The notes: generated from the letters alone by a model not told the origin. A DNA stretch of 64,000 bases from an uncultured virus (IMG/VR IMGVR_UViG_2872485971_000002) (IMGVR_UViG_2872485971_000002:1-64000), one strand, 5' to 3'. Positions 41,708 through 52,287 are shown, counted from the first letter of the stretch. Made by a program: numbers and translations.

Positions 41708-42382
41708 ATGTGTGGCAGGTTCACTTTATTTTCTGAGTTTGATGACATCATTGAGCAATTCAACATAGATCAATTCTTGCCTGAAGATGAATATCACCCA
41801 AGCTATAATGTCGCTCCTTCACAAAACATCCTGACAATCATCAACGACGGATCAAACAACCGGCTGGGTAAACTTAGATGGGGTCTTATCCCTCCTTGGG
41901 CTAAAGACGAAAAGATCGGCTATAAAATGATTAATGCTCGAGCTGAAACATTGGCCGAGAAACCAAGTTTTCGAAAGCCACTCGTCAGCAAACGTTGTAT
42001 CATACCCGCTGACAGTTTTTATGAATGGAAGCGTCTTGATCCAAAGACTAAGATTCCTATGCGGATTAAGCTTAAATCATCTAATCTCTTCGCTTTTGCC
42101 GGCTTATATGAAAAGTGGAACACGCCAGAAGGCAATCCGTTGAACACTTGCACAATCATTACAACAAAGCCTAATGAGCTTATGGAAGACATTCATGATC
42201 GGATGCCAGTTATCCTTACTGATGAGAACGAAAAGGAATGGCTAAACCCTAAAAATACTGACCCTGATTATCTACAAAGCTTACTGCAGCCATACGATCC
42301 TAATGGCATGGAAGCATACCAGGTTTCATCCTTAGTGAACTCACCTAAAAACAATTCACCTGAGCTCATTCAATCCCATTAA
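41708..42382 (+). CDS. yoqW: SRAP/HMCES abasic-site processing protein
   Basis: MCGRF, NARAET, FYEW, IHDRMPVIL. Confidence 0.95.
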   Translation: MCGRFTLFSEFDDIIEQFNIDQFLPEDEYHPSYNVAPSQNILTIINDGSNNRLGKLRWGLIPPWAKDEKIGYKMINARAETLAEKPSFRKPLVSKRCIIPADSFYEWKRLDPKTKIPMRIKLKSSNLFAFAGLYEKWNTPEGNPLNTCTIITTKPNELMEDIHDRMPVILTDENEKEWLNPKNTDPDYLQSLLQPYDPNGMEAYQVSSLVNSPKNNSPELIQSH

Positions 42383-42451
42383 GTACCAGTGTCATATCGC
42401 TTTATATATCACCTTCTCTTAGCTAATATGTTCTAAGTAGGAGGTGATATT

Positions 42452-43264
42452 TTGTTTGTATCGCCAATGCTATTGCATTCAATAAAAGAGCCATTTGACG
42501 ACGAGAACTATATCACTGAGCTCAAATTTGATGGAATCAGACTCATTCTTTCTAAATTTGATAATCAGATTAAGCTATACACTCGTCACAACAACGAAGT
42601 AACAAGCAAGTTTCCAGAACTCTTGGACTTAGATATTCCAGATGGAACAGTACTCGATGGTGAAATTATTGTAGCTGCCCCAGGTGGTGCTCCTGACTTT
42701 GAAGCTGTAATGGAACGTTTTATGTCCAAAAAGTCAGCTCATAAGATTGTTTACTGTGTTTTTGATGTTATCTATAAAGACGGTCAGTCAATAGCAGCTA
42801 AGCCGCTCACTGAGCGTAAGACAGTTCTAAACTCACTTGAGCTAAATCATCCTAATGTCTTTGTAATCGAAGGAATTCAAGGTAACGGACTAGCTTACTT
42901 TAACCTGGCCAAAGAAAAGATTTTAGAGGGAATCGTAATCAAGAAAGCTAACTCCCCTTATGAGATCAATAAACGTTCGCATAATTGGCTTAAAGTGATT
43001 AATTATGATTACACTGAAGTTCTCATAACCGGCTACACGAAGAACGATATTAAATTCCTTCTGTCTTATCCTGACGGAACTGCAGCCGGGTTTATGGAAT
43101 TCATGCCACATGCAGAACGAAGTAAGTTCCACTCTATGAAACAAGTAAAATCTGAATCTGATGAATATGTATTTATTGAGCCTATCGTATGTAAGGTTAA
43201 GCACAGATTTAAGACTAAGCACGGCAAACTCCGCACACCTTCCTTCGATTCCTGGAGAGTATAA
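42452..43264 (+). CDS. ligB: ATP-dependent DNA ligase (YoqV)
   Basis: ELKFDGIR, LDGE, FD, EGIVIK, WLKV. Confidence 0.93.
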   Translation: MFVSPMLLHSIKEPFDDENYITELKFDGIRLILSKFDNQIKLYTRHNNEVTSKFPELLDLDIPDGTVLDGEIIVAAPGGAPDFEAVMERFMSKKSAHKIVYCVFDVIYKDGQSIAAKPLTERKTVLNSLELNHPNVFVIEGIQGNGLAYFNLAKEKILEGIVIKKANSPYEINKRSHNWLKVINYDYTEVLITGYTKNDIKFLLSYPDGTAAGFMEFMPHAERSKFHSMKQVKSESDEYVFIEPIVCKVKHRFKTKHGKLRTPSFDSWRV

Positions 43265-43503
43265 TCTCTCCGTTACATAACTCCTTAGAGCCTAGCCATT
43301 AAAAATCAAATGAAAATTTAGTACATGGATCAATTAGTTTTCGTTACCCCCTTTAATTAAAATAAATAGTTTATTTTAAATGACTTTTTTCTCTAAACCT
43401 TTTTAAATTTCCAAAATTCATTTCACCTTTATTACTGCAAGCAGGTTGTCATACGCTTGCCATATAAAAGAGACTGGACATTTTTGTCTCGGAGGTGAAA
43501 TAA

Positions 43504-43656
43504 ATGAAATTAATTTTAGATAATTTCGTGAATTGGTCATTTGACAAAATCATGGACTATATCTTACTTGCAGGGTTTTATTTTGTATTCAAATCAAAAT
43601 CTACACAGAATCATTATCCTGATCACTTCGAAGAAAGACGCTGGCATAGAAATTAA
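43504..43656 (+). CDS. Small membrane protein, 50 aa (yoqT-like)
   Basis: GGAGGTG RBS; MKLILDNFVNWSFDKIMDYILLAGFYFVF... Confidence 0.55.
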   Translation: MKLILDNFVNWSFDKIMDYILLAGFYFVFKSKSTQNHYPDHFEERRWHRN

Positions 43657-43729
43657 TACACTCTTTTCTGATCGTTATCGACATGCTAAATTGCTTGATA
43701 ACGATCCTTCCCTAAAATATTACTTGCTA

Positions 43730-43939
43730 TTATTTATTAAATTCTTTTAGAATCTCCTGCTTTCTTTTAACCCTTTCCCATTCTTCTTTATAGACTAATT
43801 TTTCATTTTCGCATTTTACACAAAGTATCCAACATGCATCATCCGCATCAATGGCAGCGCCTAAATTATTGTATATATAGTCATCTTTCAAGTAATGCCA
43901 TTCATGTTTGCATTTAGGTATTTTCTTTCTCCAAAACAT
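43730..43939 (-). CDS. Small Cys/His protein
   Basis: CKHEW...CVKC; GGAGG RBS. Confidence 0.65.
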   Translation of the reverse strand: MFWRKKIPKCKHEWHYLKDDYIYNNLGAAIDADDACWILCVKCENEKLVYKEEWERVKRKQEILKEFNK

Positions 43940-43970
43940 CTGTTACCTCCCTATAAAAACTATCTTTTAT

Positions 43971-44261
43971 CTAGACTTGTTCAGCTTGCCTAATAGTATC
44001 TAACAACTCTTTCTTCTTGAAATATGTCTTTTCCAAACGATCTACTTCCTTTTGCAATTCAGTAGCAGCATCATACTTCAGAATCCATTCTCCTACTCCA
44101 CATACTTCTCTTTGTTCTTTCTCAAACGTTTTTATGTGACGGCCTTCGAACCAAACTCTTACTCTTGTACCGTTTTCAAATTCATTATTAAAAGCAGCTG
44201 CTTTCTCAGTTCCCGCATAAATACATTTATACTTGCTGTCATCGACTACATAAGTGTTCAT
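43971..44261 (-). CDS. Hypothetical protein
   Basis: ORF with RBS, flanked by palindromes. Confidence 0.65.
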   Translation of the reverse strand: MNTYVVDDSKYKCIYAGTEKAAAFNNEFENGTRVRVWFEGRHIKTFEKEQREVCGVGEWILKYDAATELQKEVDRLEKTYFKKKELLDTIRQAEQV

Positions 44262-44374
44262 TATCTCCGCTCCTTTAAATCACGATTTTAATTTAACTTT
44301 AATGTGTATCATCTTGAGAAAATCCCCTTTAATTGGTAAACTCATACTTAACTTACATAAGAGTAGGTGATTCC

Positions 44375-44749
44375 TTGAGTAAAACAATCGGTATTACTGG
44401 ATTTTTCTTAAGCATAGTAGTGCAATCATTTTCGGCGAATGATTCGCTATCCCACAAGATCGCTACGGGTTTATTATTTGTATCAATAGCAATTTATAAT
44501 TTTGACCACGCTAAAGATTATTCCAAAGCATCCCTTGTCGTAATATGCCTCACCTTTTTCGTACTTGCCTTGGGTATTCATAAGCTTCTTTCCTTTTCGA
44601 GTGACTTATTTGACAATGTGAATATAAATTTCGGAGTAATATTCATCCTCCAAATCACATTAATAATTGGATCTGTTGCAATAGCTATCAGTATAATGAA
44701 ATTTATCTGTGATTGTCTAAAAAAGAAACCTAACGGTAAAGAGTGTTAA
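44375..44749 (+). CDS. yoqO: YoqO-family membrane protein
   Basis: TTG start, four TM segments. Confidence 0.7.
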   Translation: MSKTIGITGFFLSIVVQSFSANDSLSHKIATGLLFVSIAIYNFDHAKDYSKASLVVICLTFFVLALGIHKLLSFSSDLFDNVNINFGVIFILQITLIIGSVAIAISIMKFICDCLKKKPNGKEC

Positions 44750-44765
44750 TTCCTCTTTGCCTTTT

Positions 44766-44996
44766 TTATGCTAAATACTTCTTCTTATGTGGTCTTCTAT
44801 GTACAAAATCAAATGCTATATCAACTTTTGCATTTTCCTTCTCCTCTGCTACTCGCTCCGTAACAACGATTAGTTGTCCATTTTCCTGGCGGTCAATGCT
44901 ATGGACTGAATATCCTTTAGCAGCGTAATATTCTCCGATAATCTCATCAACGTGGTTGCTAAGCAGATTCCTCTTTACCACTTGAATACCCTCCAC
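44766..44996 (-). CDS. yoqN: Hypothetical phage protein
   Basis: ORF and synteny. Confidence 0.55.
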   Translation of the reverse strand: MEGIQVVKRNLLSNHVDEIIGEYYAAKGYSVHSIDRQENGQLIVVTERVAEEKENAKVDIAFDFVHRRPHKKKYLA

Positions 44997-45169
44997 TTAT
45001 TTTATTTTTATTCTTTATCCGTTTATATGTATTCCATCCGCAGCTGTCAAAAATGCTTATGTCCGCTCCAAGGTGCCATTTAAACCAAACTAAGTTAAAC
45101 CAGGCGATTTCAAATACGTATTTGATGAATCCTATCCTATTGCCCTCCATTCTGCATAAAGTAATCCTT

Positions 45170-45562
45170 TTAAACAAAAATCAATTCAGGCTCTTTATCC
45201 TCTTCATATCGTTTGTAGCCAATAAAATATTCCTCATCCTTTTTATAAATAAACGGTGAAATCCACTCAATAAAACTCTCAATCTCATTATCATAGTTTT
45301 TTAGATTGCATCTAATTGTCACATAGCGCCCACCTACAAGAGTATCGTTTACAATTTCGCTGTGAGTTTTTCCATCAAAATAATAGCTATCAGATTGAAG
45401 CATCCATTTCCATCTACTTCCTCCCGAAAATAGTTTATGATCTGGCAGCTCATCTGGATGCTCATCTCGTTGACCGCTCATAAACTCCAACGTTTCAATA
45501 ATGTGACTTGGTGTTTCCTTAATTAGCTCAAAAGCACATACCAATTCTGTATACATTCCCAT
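45170..45562 (-). CDS. Hypothetical phage protein
   Basis: MGMYTE...NLKNYDNEIESFIEWI; flanked by palindromes. Confidence 0.7.
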   Translation of the reverse strand: MGMYTELVCAFELIKETPSHIIETLEFMSGQRDEHPDELPDHKLFSGGSRWKWMLQSDSYYFDGKTHSEIVNDTLVGGRYVTIRCNLKNYDNEIESFIEWISPFIYKKDEEYFIGYKRYEEDKEPELIFV

Positions 45563-45611
45563 TAATACAACTCCCTCTCTTTAAAACAGTCTTTTTATTC
45601 AGTCCATGAGT

Positions 45612-45806
45612 TTACTCGTATTCAACAACAACCTCCTCATTGTCTACAAACAGATCATTCCCATTTGATAAGTGTACCCAGAAAGCTTCCTCAGGTTCTT
45701 CTCTATAGTCATAAATTGCGACCACCTTTGCATTTGATTCTTTGCTTATCGGTTTCCCGACAGTTATTTTTGTATTCTCTTCAGGTAAAATAATTGATTT
45801 AATCAT
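45612..45806 (-). CDS. yoqI: Hypothetical phage protein
   Basis: ORF and synteny. Confidence 0.55.
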   Translation of the reverse strand: MIKSIILPEENTKITVGKPISKESNAKVVAIYDYREEPEEAFWVHLSNGNDLFVDNEEVVVEYE

Positions 45807-45854
45807 TTATATCAATCCAATCCAAGTTTGTTTTACACTGTTGCCCCAAGACTT

Positions 45855-46307
45855 TCAATAACAGGATTCAATATTTTTCGTTAATATACTCGGCCCCAAC
45901 TTTTGCGTGCTAGAATTTGACAGACGCACTTGCACTTTAACATTCTTCATTTCGGCCGAAATTGTGTCAATTCTTCCCGCCCAACTAGGACTCTCTTCCT
46001 CAGGAGTAGGATAAAGTTTAAACCGCCAACTAATCTCACCTGGTTTAGTAGCAAATCCTTCGTAACTGTCGTAATTTCCAAAAGAAGAAGGTGCAGGAAG
46101 ATGGACAGCAAGAATGCTTATATTGGTTCTGGCAGCACTCGGTGGGTTCAATTGCACCTTATAGATTAACGCTACGCCTTTAGCATTTTTAAGATTTTTA
46201 TCTACCGGCTCCAGTATTACACTGCAAGGCATTGGACTGGCGTTTGTTTGAATGGGATAGGCAACAATAATACTTAATAAGGATAAAACTAAAATAAATC
46301 GTTTCAT
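45855..46307 (-). CDS. yoqH: Secreted protein
   Basis: Signal peptide ending TNA; 150 aa. Confidence 0.75.
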   Translation of the reverse strand: MKRFILVLSLLSIIVAYPIQTNASPMPCSVILEPVDKNLKNAKGVALIYKVQLNPPSAARTNISILAVHLPAPSSFGNYDSYEGFATKPGEISWRFKLYPTPEEESPSWAGRIDTISAEMKNVKVQVRLSNSSTQKLGPSILTKNIESCY

Positions 46308-46389
46308 TGAAAGTTCCTCACAATTTTTTTAGTTAATTTTCCTTATTTCTGGATTGATTATTCATTTGTATTTGATTAAATCTTCAATT

Positions 46390-46653
46390 TTATTTTGATT
46401 TAATCTCAACAATAAGACTGTCAGGATAGTTCTTCAAATCAAGTGCGTTTACATGACAGTGACCTACATATCCTTCTTTATCAACGTAATTATAATAGAA
46501 CTTTTCCCCATTATTAATGATAACTTCACCCTGATGTGTATACTCCATCTCTGATCCCTTGTACCATGTTACTTTAACTTTTGTGCCAGGTATGATTTTA
46601 TTTAAATCAAATATTGTTATTTCTTTTAGCAAAATCATTTCCTCCATTTCCAT
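46390..46653 (-). CDS. Hypothetical protein
   Basis: ORF with GGAGG RBS. Confidence 0.65.
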   Translation of the reverse strand: MEMEEMILLKEITIFDLNKIIPGTKVKVTWYKGSEMEYTHQGEVIINNGEKFYYNYVDKEGYVGHCHVNALDLKNYPDSLIVEIKSK

Positions 46654-46882
46654 TTTTGATCCTCCACTTCCTATTAAAATATTACTTTTTAAAACGATAC
46701 AAAGTTATGGCGTTTCCTTTAATACACTCTTTATTGTTGCTGCTCCTCAATAGCTCCCTTTAATCCATTATTCCTAATCACTATTGAACTTTTATTCACA
46801 AAAATTCTACATATTTTTACAGGTGTAAAGTCCAAAATGTCGAATACTTAAAAAGTAAGTTAAAAAACAAGGAGTGTGTAAA

Positions 46883-47257
46883 ATGAAAAAGCTTTTCGTT
46901 TTAATTTTTTCAGTGATTTTTACTTTGACAGCTTTTGTTTCTTCTGCTAGTGCAGCTACAACTGGAAGTGTAACTTCATCTTCGGGAACCAGCTCTAAGA
47001 TGATTACTGGTGCAGGTATGTATATGAAATTCACTTGCAAATATGCTGGAATCACTGAGGCATACGCCGGAGCCTGCCAGATAACAAGACAAGGTGAAAA
47101 TGTTGCTGTTCTAAATGTTGGGGGTGGTAGTCTTAATAAACCATTTAGATCAACCGACGTATGGTTGAATAAAAACGAAACCTACGTTCTTTCGAGTAAT
47201 TTTTTAACTGATTCTTGGTCTACCGGATCCATTACTGCCACTATTAGCGAAAGATAA
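46883..47257 (+). CDS. Secreted Ser/Thr/Gly-rich protein with two Cys
   Basis: MKK + hydrophobic core + ASA cleavage site; AAGGAG RBS; downstream hairpin 47272-47300. Confidence 0.7.
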   Translation: MKKLFVLIFSVIFTLTAFVSSASAATTGSVTSSSGTSSKMITGAGMYMKFTCKYAGITEAYAGACQITRQGENVAVLNVGGGSLNKPFRSTDVWLNKNETYVLSSNFLTDSWSTGSITATISER

Positions 47258-47366
47258 ATTACAGAATAGCTCAGGTCATCGAGAGGACTCTTGGTGACCT
47301 TCTATAATGTTTTATTCACCCATTTCCCTTTTCCACTCTCTATAAAATTTTACTTTTATCTAGAAT

Positions 47367-49565
47367 TCATTTGGCTTCCAATACCACAGTTTCTTTTTCA
47401 AAATCATTTCTCAATTTGATAATGGAAGTTGATTTTAGATACCCTCTGTCCTTTGTCTTAGCCCATGCAAAAAATCTATTATGCAAAGGAGTGTAAAGGC
47501 TTCCTGAGTTAACCATATGCTCATGTTTGTTGCTGATCTTATGCTTTACTCCCCTCATTTGTTTCCAAAAGTTATAGTAAGGGAGCTTAAGTTTTGTCAT
47601 GAAGCCAGCAGCATCTTCAATTACATAACCCTCTTCCTCAATTGAAAAATCTTGTGACACGTCCAGATACCATCTATAGAAATCTGTCCAGTTACTAAAC
47701 TCCGCAACTTGTTTTTTGCACTCAATGGATAAACACTCTGCAGTAGCTTTCACTTCACTGTAAGGGAGTTTTTCATATGACATCTGTCTTTTTACTATGT
47801 CTAAGAGGACTAGATTGTCTTGATTGTATTCAATGATATGTGGATCTTTTTCTGGAAGTATTACTTCAAAAACGAATGAAACATTATTTAGCTTCAGATA
47901 ATATTTAATGGCATTTACCGTAAATTCATCAAAGGTCTTGAAGAACAACTCCTCGACCCATTTCGCATGGTCATTTGATAATTGAGATGTAAAGGATTTA
48001 GAAGTGAATACCAACTGATCTGACAAAGAGTCATACCCCACAGTCCCTAAATATCCATTTGCCTTATCGAACACTGTTACAGGAAACTTCATTGTATCTA
48101 CGAGATGATGCATTCTTGTTTCAGATCGTTCTCCAATGTTAAAAAATTTATCATAGCTTCTACTTACAATTTCATTATTCTGGGTGTTAATAAACAAACC
48201 CCTTGCCTTAATATTTGTTTCATCCCACTTTTTCTTTCTAAATGCTTGCTTTGTAAAATTAAATGATGAGATATTGTTTGGCATCTTGTTCTCTTGGACA
48301 TATTCATGATCACGTAAGTGGGAAACCAAATCATCAATTGTTCCAACAGTTACACTATTACTCTGCACATCACTTGAACTTTGTTTAAAAACTTTATTCT
48401 TCACTTCATGGGTTTCAATTCCGTTCTCAGACAGTGTAACGACTCTAAGATGACCTCCTCTTTCCACTTGCCCTTCCAGGTTATAAGATCTTTCTGCTGC
48501 TAACACAGGTAAACGGTACATGTTTCTATGTCCATGAATCTGTACAACATTTTGGTCAGCCGTATTTTTTGCAAATTCATAATCAATATCGTCTGAATAA
48601 TCTCCAACTCCATTGATAAATTGTGTTGTTGCGGTCATCAAGAGATTTTCAGGTACGGTTGAAACTCCTCCATGAGTTACAATGTATGTAGTGTTTTTAT
48701 ATGTAAAGTAAGCTAACTGATGAAACTTCCTGGCCAACTGTCTAATGTCTTTTTTATCAATGTTGGATTGTTCGATTTCTGGCTTAGTTTTGTTGTTAAA
48801 TGTGTTGCTAGGTGTTTCTTCATCATTCCCATACATATTGATATATCTATCATGATTTCCTTCGAGAATAATCACATTTTTATAATCTTTAATTTTGATC
48901 ATGAATTCTAACAGCTGTGCATTTTCAATACCTCTGTCGATAAGATCTCCTACAAAAATGTATAGTTCATTTTCATTCAAATCACCGTTTAAGTACTCTT
49001 GAAGCACAGTATTACACCCATGAACATCTCCGAAAATATGGATCTTTTTATAATCGTCAAAACATCTCGGCTTATAAGTCATCGTGTTTTCAAACTCATC
49101 TGGTTTTAGAACAGTTACCCAAGATGGCACTTTTTCTGTTGTCATTCTTTCATAAATATTTAGAATACTGCTTTCAGGAACATGTTTATGTTCAGCCCTC
49201 ATTTTATTTCTTTTTAAGATTCTCCGAACATCCACATCAGAAAAATCAACTACATATACACGGTATCTATATTTTTGAGCTAGTGGCTTATATCTTGAAA
49301 TCATGCTTTGCTTTGAATGAGTTGCATCGATAATTGTGAATTCACCGCGATCCATCCTATCTTCAAGCAACTTTAGTAATAAATCCCACACCTTGTTGTC
49401 GTGTTTTGGAGAGATTTCGTATTTTCCACTTTTGTTTAATACAGGTGACTGAAACAGCAGTCTAATGTTGTCTGCAGAAAGAGTGTATTGCTCAAGTCCA
49501 TTTTCCTTAATCCAAGTTGATTTCCCCACTCCTGGGCAGCCTCTTAATAACACTAATGTTCTCAA
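47367..49565 (-). CDS. Polynucleotide kinase - metallophosphoesterase - Rnl1-type RNA ligase fusion
   Basis: GCPGVGKST, SADNIR; GDVHG, GDLIDRG, GNHD, HGH; ARGLF, KFFN, KANG, FE, EGYV, KLK. Confidence 0.88.
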   Translation of the reverse strand: MRTLVLLRGCPGVGKSTWIKENGLEQYTLSADNIRLLFQSPVLNKSGKYEISPKHDNKVWDLLLKLLEDRMDRGEFTIIDATHSKQSMISRYKPLAQKYRYRVYVVDFSDVDVRRILKRNKMRAEHKHVPESSILNIYERMTTEKVPSWVTVLKPDEFENTMTYKPRCFDDYKKIHIFGDVHGCNTVLQEYLNGDLNENELYIFVGDLIDRGIENAQLLEFMIKIKDYKNVIILEGNHDRYINMYGNDEETPSNTFNNKTKPEIEQSNIDKKDIRQLARKFHQLAYFTYKNTTYIVTHGGVSTVPENLLMTATTQFINGVGDYSDDIDYEFAKNTADQNVVQIHGHRNMYRLPVLAAERSYNLEGQVERGGHLRVVTLSENGIETHEVKNKVFKQSSSDVQSNSVTVGTIDDLVSHLRDHEYVQENKMPNNISSFNFTKQAFRKKKWDETNIKARGLFINTQNNEIVSRSYDKFFNIGERSETRMHHLVDTMKFPVTVFDKANGYLGTVGYDSLSDQLVFTSKSFTSQLSNDHAKWVEELFFKTFDEFTVNAIKYYLKLNNVSFVFEVILPEKDPHIIEYNQDNLVLLDIVKRQMSYEKLPYSEVKATAECLSIECKKQVAEFSNWTDFYRWYLDVSQDFSIEEEGYVIEDAAGFMTKLKLPYYNFWKQMRGVKHKISNKHEHMVNSGSLYTPLHNRFFAWAKTKDRGYLKSTSIIKLRNDFEKETVVLEAK

Positions 49566-49612
49566 ATTCTATCAACCTTTCTGATTTTTATTTGTTTAAA
49601 ATGCATCTTTTA

Positions 49613-50020
49613 TCACTTCTTTGCAGCATAGCTCTCAAAGAATTCTTCAACTGATCTTAGATAACGGTATTTATTTGGATCTTCTGGGTTTCTGAATCTC
49701 TTCGATAACACCAATGACCAATTAAACATCAATGGGGAAAATCTTGCCCATTTGCTAAAGCTTAACTGTAGGCCTTTCCATTCCCTACCCGCTAGTTCTG
49801 CTAATTCTAGAATCTGATCTTCTTTTATGTTCACTTCGTCTTCAAACATCACTTGAATTTCTTCGTATGGTTTATGCCCAAAACAACAGTGGCGTGTTTT
49901 TAATCCAATTTTGAAATTTAAAATATCAATTAAATGAATCATTTGTGTATCAAGTTCATCATATGGGATACCATTTCGGATGAATTTTTCTCTTTGGTTT
50001 GTTTTCACATTAACCTCCAA
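49613..50020 (-). CDS. yoqC: Hypothetical phage protein
   Basis: 135 aa, TRHCCFGH; synteny. Confidence 0.7.
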
Positions 50021-50026
50021 TAACAG

Positions 50027-50365
50027 TTACACCTCCTGGCCACTCCACGCTTCAAATTTTTCTATTGCAGCCTTTTGTTTATTTTCATGATTAATTTGCT
50101 CCTTTATGGAGTTTTCATAGTTAATAACTTCATTGATTGCCATCTGTATGTAATCGTAATCCCACTTTTCTTCGAAATAACTCGGAGCGAAGTCTCCTTC
50201 TCTTGTAAGACACTTGAATTTTTCTTTCCTGAAAAAACCGCGCACCTTTTTATATAAAGATACTTTGACAAAACCTTTTGAGTGTCTATCGTTTTAAATG
50301 CTAACGGCATACTCATTCCCTTCAACTGATGTCACGGGATATTTGTGCAAATGAAATTCCTTCAT
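50027..50365 (-). pseudogene. yoqB: yoqB with an in-frame nonsense codon
   Basis: ATG 50365 (GGAGG RBS) MKEFHLHKYPVTSVEGNEYAVSI, TAA at 50294-50296, same frame continues to 50027. Confidence 0.7.
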
Positions 50366-50709
50366 TCCACGTCCTCCTCATAAAGTCGTTTGTATCTTTG
50401 AACTGCTTTTCCTTTCGAATATAAAAATTCAGGTTTATATAAGATTAAAACCGGTAGTTTGTCTATGGTCAGAACAGTGTTGTCGTCCTTATCTATGACT
50501 AATTCAGCCCGTTCAATTGTTTCCTCCAACGGTACGTTACAGTGTTCAAATGCTTTTTTAATCTCTTCGTCGAAAACCTGTTTCTGTTCATCAAATGCTT
50601 TCCAAATATCATTATCCCAATTTTCAATGGGTGAAGGGTTAACCGGAAATACCTTTCCCTCTGGCGTAATCATTCGGAACTTCAATTCGTTCTTATCTTC
50701 AGGATTCAC
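50362..50709 (-). CDS. yoqA: Hypothetical phage protein
   Basis: ORF and synteny. Confidence 0.6.
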   Translation of the reverse strand: MNPEDKNELKFRMITPEGKVFPVNPSPIENWDNDIWKAFDEQKQVFDEEIKKAFEHCNVPLEETIERAELVIDKDDNTVLTIDKLPVLILYKPEFLYSKGKAVQRYKRLYEEDVE

Positions 50710-50710
50710 T

Positions 50711-50911
50711 TCACGTCCTCCTCAGCCAAAACAATCTCTCATTCGTTATTTTTTCCACTTTATAATTTATGAGATTATTATTTTTCACGTATTCCTCTGC
50801 GTATTCCAATGCAGTTTTATCATCATTGGCAACGAAACTGAAATGCTTCCAACCGAACTCAACTTCATACCAAAGCTTATATTCAATACGCTTTACTTCA
50901 GTATCAATCAC
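50711..50911 (-). CDS. yopZ: Hypothetical phage protein
   Basis: ORF and synteny. Confidence 0.55.
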   Translation of the reverse strand: MIDTEVKRIEYKLWYEVEFGWKHFSFVANDDKTALEYAEEYVKNNNLINYKVEKITNERLFWLRRT

Positions 50912-51294
50912 TCCGCGCCCTCCAATAACACACGATTTTCATAAACATTACCGCCAATGTAGCACTCTCCCCAATCCAATGAATAATCGAAGTAGGCACT
51001 ATCATCAGGGAATTTAAGTCCATAATGACCATTTTCCTTAATGACTATCATCGGTTCATCTTCTGTCATGTCAATATCTTTTTCATAAATATCTTTGCCT
51101 GTCTTATCCTTCAACCCTGTTCCCCACATGAGAGTCGAATTTTTTTGTTTGCTAGACGCAATACGGATGGGATATAGAGCTCCAACGATATTGCGATACA
51201 GCCCCCATTCTCCACCTGAGATAATAAGACTCAGCTCACCATCATCCCAATAATGCATCTTCTCGCCGTCCCAAACTCTGTATGCTGTGTTCAT
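50908..51294 (-). CDS. yopX: YopX-family protein
   Basis: YRVWD...TGLKDKTGKDIYEKDI...GNVYEN. Confidence 0.85.
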   Translation of the reverse strand: MNTAYRVWDGEKMHYWDDGELSLIISGGEWGLYRNIVGALYPIRIASSKQKNSTLMWGTGLKDKTGKDIYEKDIDMTEDEPMIVIKENGHYGLKFPDDSAYFDYSLDWGECYIGGNVYENRVLLEGAE

Positions 51295-51626
51295 TCAACT
51301 GGATCCTCCTCATCCGTATTTATGATTGCTCCAATTAGCTTAGTTAAATGAATCACTTGATCTTTATTTACAGCTGTGATTGCACCATACGGATGCTCTA
51401 TGAAACATACTTCATTATTTTCATCGGTATATAAAGTACAATTACATGTAGTACACACATAATTTTCGTTAATCGTTTGGCCTTCTAAATTAATTAAAGA
51501 CCCTACATCATGATCTAGCACTTCAATTTTCTTACCTTCTTCATAATCACTGATTTCAAGTTTTAACTCACCGAAAAACACTAATGGTTTAAGATAGAGC
51601 TTCAATTCATCTAATGATAATTCCAA
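51291..51626 (-). CDS. yopW: Hypothetical phage protein
   Basis: 111 aa; synteny. Confidence 0.7.
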   Translation of the reverse strand: MELSLDELKLYLKPLVFFGELKLEISDYEEGKKIEVLDHDVGSLINLEGQTINENYVCTTCNCTLYTDENNEVCFIEHPYGAITAVNKDQVIHLTKLIGAIINTDEEDPVE

Positions 51627-51714
51627 GTGATATCCCCCTCCAATTTGAATCTCGATAAAACTTACATTTTATCCACTAATTTTAATTTTGTTACCTTAGT
51701 GAAAATTACACAAT

Positions 51715-51909
51715 TCAATATGTACTTACTTCTTTGCCCTTACTTTCTTCTTCTCTTAACATATCTTCAGCTATATACATCCCCTCGTAAGCATAATCAA
51801 TTATTGAATGAAATTCTCCGATGACTCTTCGTAAATTTTCCTCTTCTTTGTATGCTTTTAATCGCAGAATCGTTTTCATTAATTTATCGAGCTTTTCATC
51901 AAGCAACAT
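51715..51909 (-). CDS. yopV: Hypothetical phage protein
   Basis: ATG after GGGAG RBS. Confidence 0.65.
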   Translation of the reverse strand: MLLDEKLDKLMKTILRLKAYKEEENLRRVIGEFHSIIDYAYEGMYIAEDMLREEESKGKEVSTY

Positions 51910-52020
51910 AGCTCCCTTTACCATCTCCTATATACATATTATTTGTATTTGAATAAACTATAACCCATCATTTAATATCTGTCAATTAGATTCGGCCAAT
52001 TTATGTGACCGAATCTAATT

Positions 52021-52218
52021 TTAATCTGAGAACATAAAGATCAATTCATTGATGTCATCCCTAAGCTTAACGAGGCTTTGTGGTGTAACTGAAATTGTAA
52101 TATCTAATTTCTCTCCCTTGAAACCAAGTAGGAATTGATAATGTTCTGAAGTCAGCAATTTTTTTGTAAGTCTTAGACTAACCTCTTTGTAATTATCTTG
52201 ATCAACAAATATATTCAA
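52021..52218 (-). CDS. yopU: Hypothetical phage protein
   Basis: ORF and synteny. Confidence 0.65.
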   Translation of the reverse strand: MNIFVDQDNYKEVSLRLTKKLLTSEHYQFLLGFKGEKLDITISVTPQSLVKLRDDINELIFMFSD

Positions 52219-52287
52219 AACAATACCTTCATTCTCCTCTTGCTGCTGATTACATTATGTTTAATGGAGTCTTTCTTTTTTTTATTT

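Noticed and set aside
50459..51017. Plus-strand 161 aa and 82 aa ORFs
   Set aside because: Antisense to yoqA/yopZ/yopX, which have proper RBSs.
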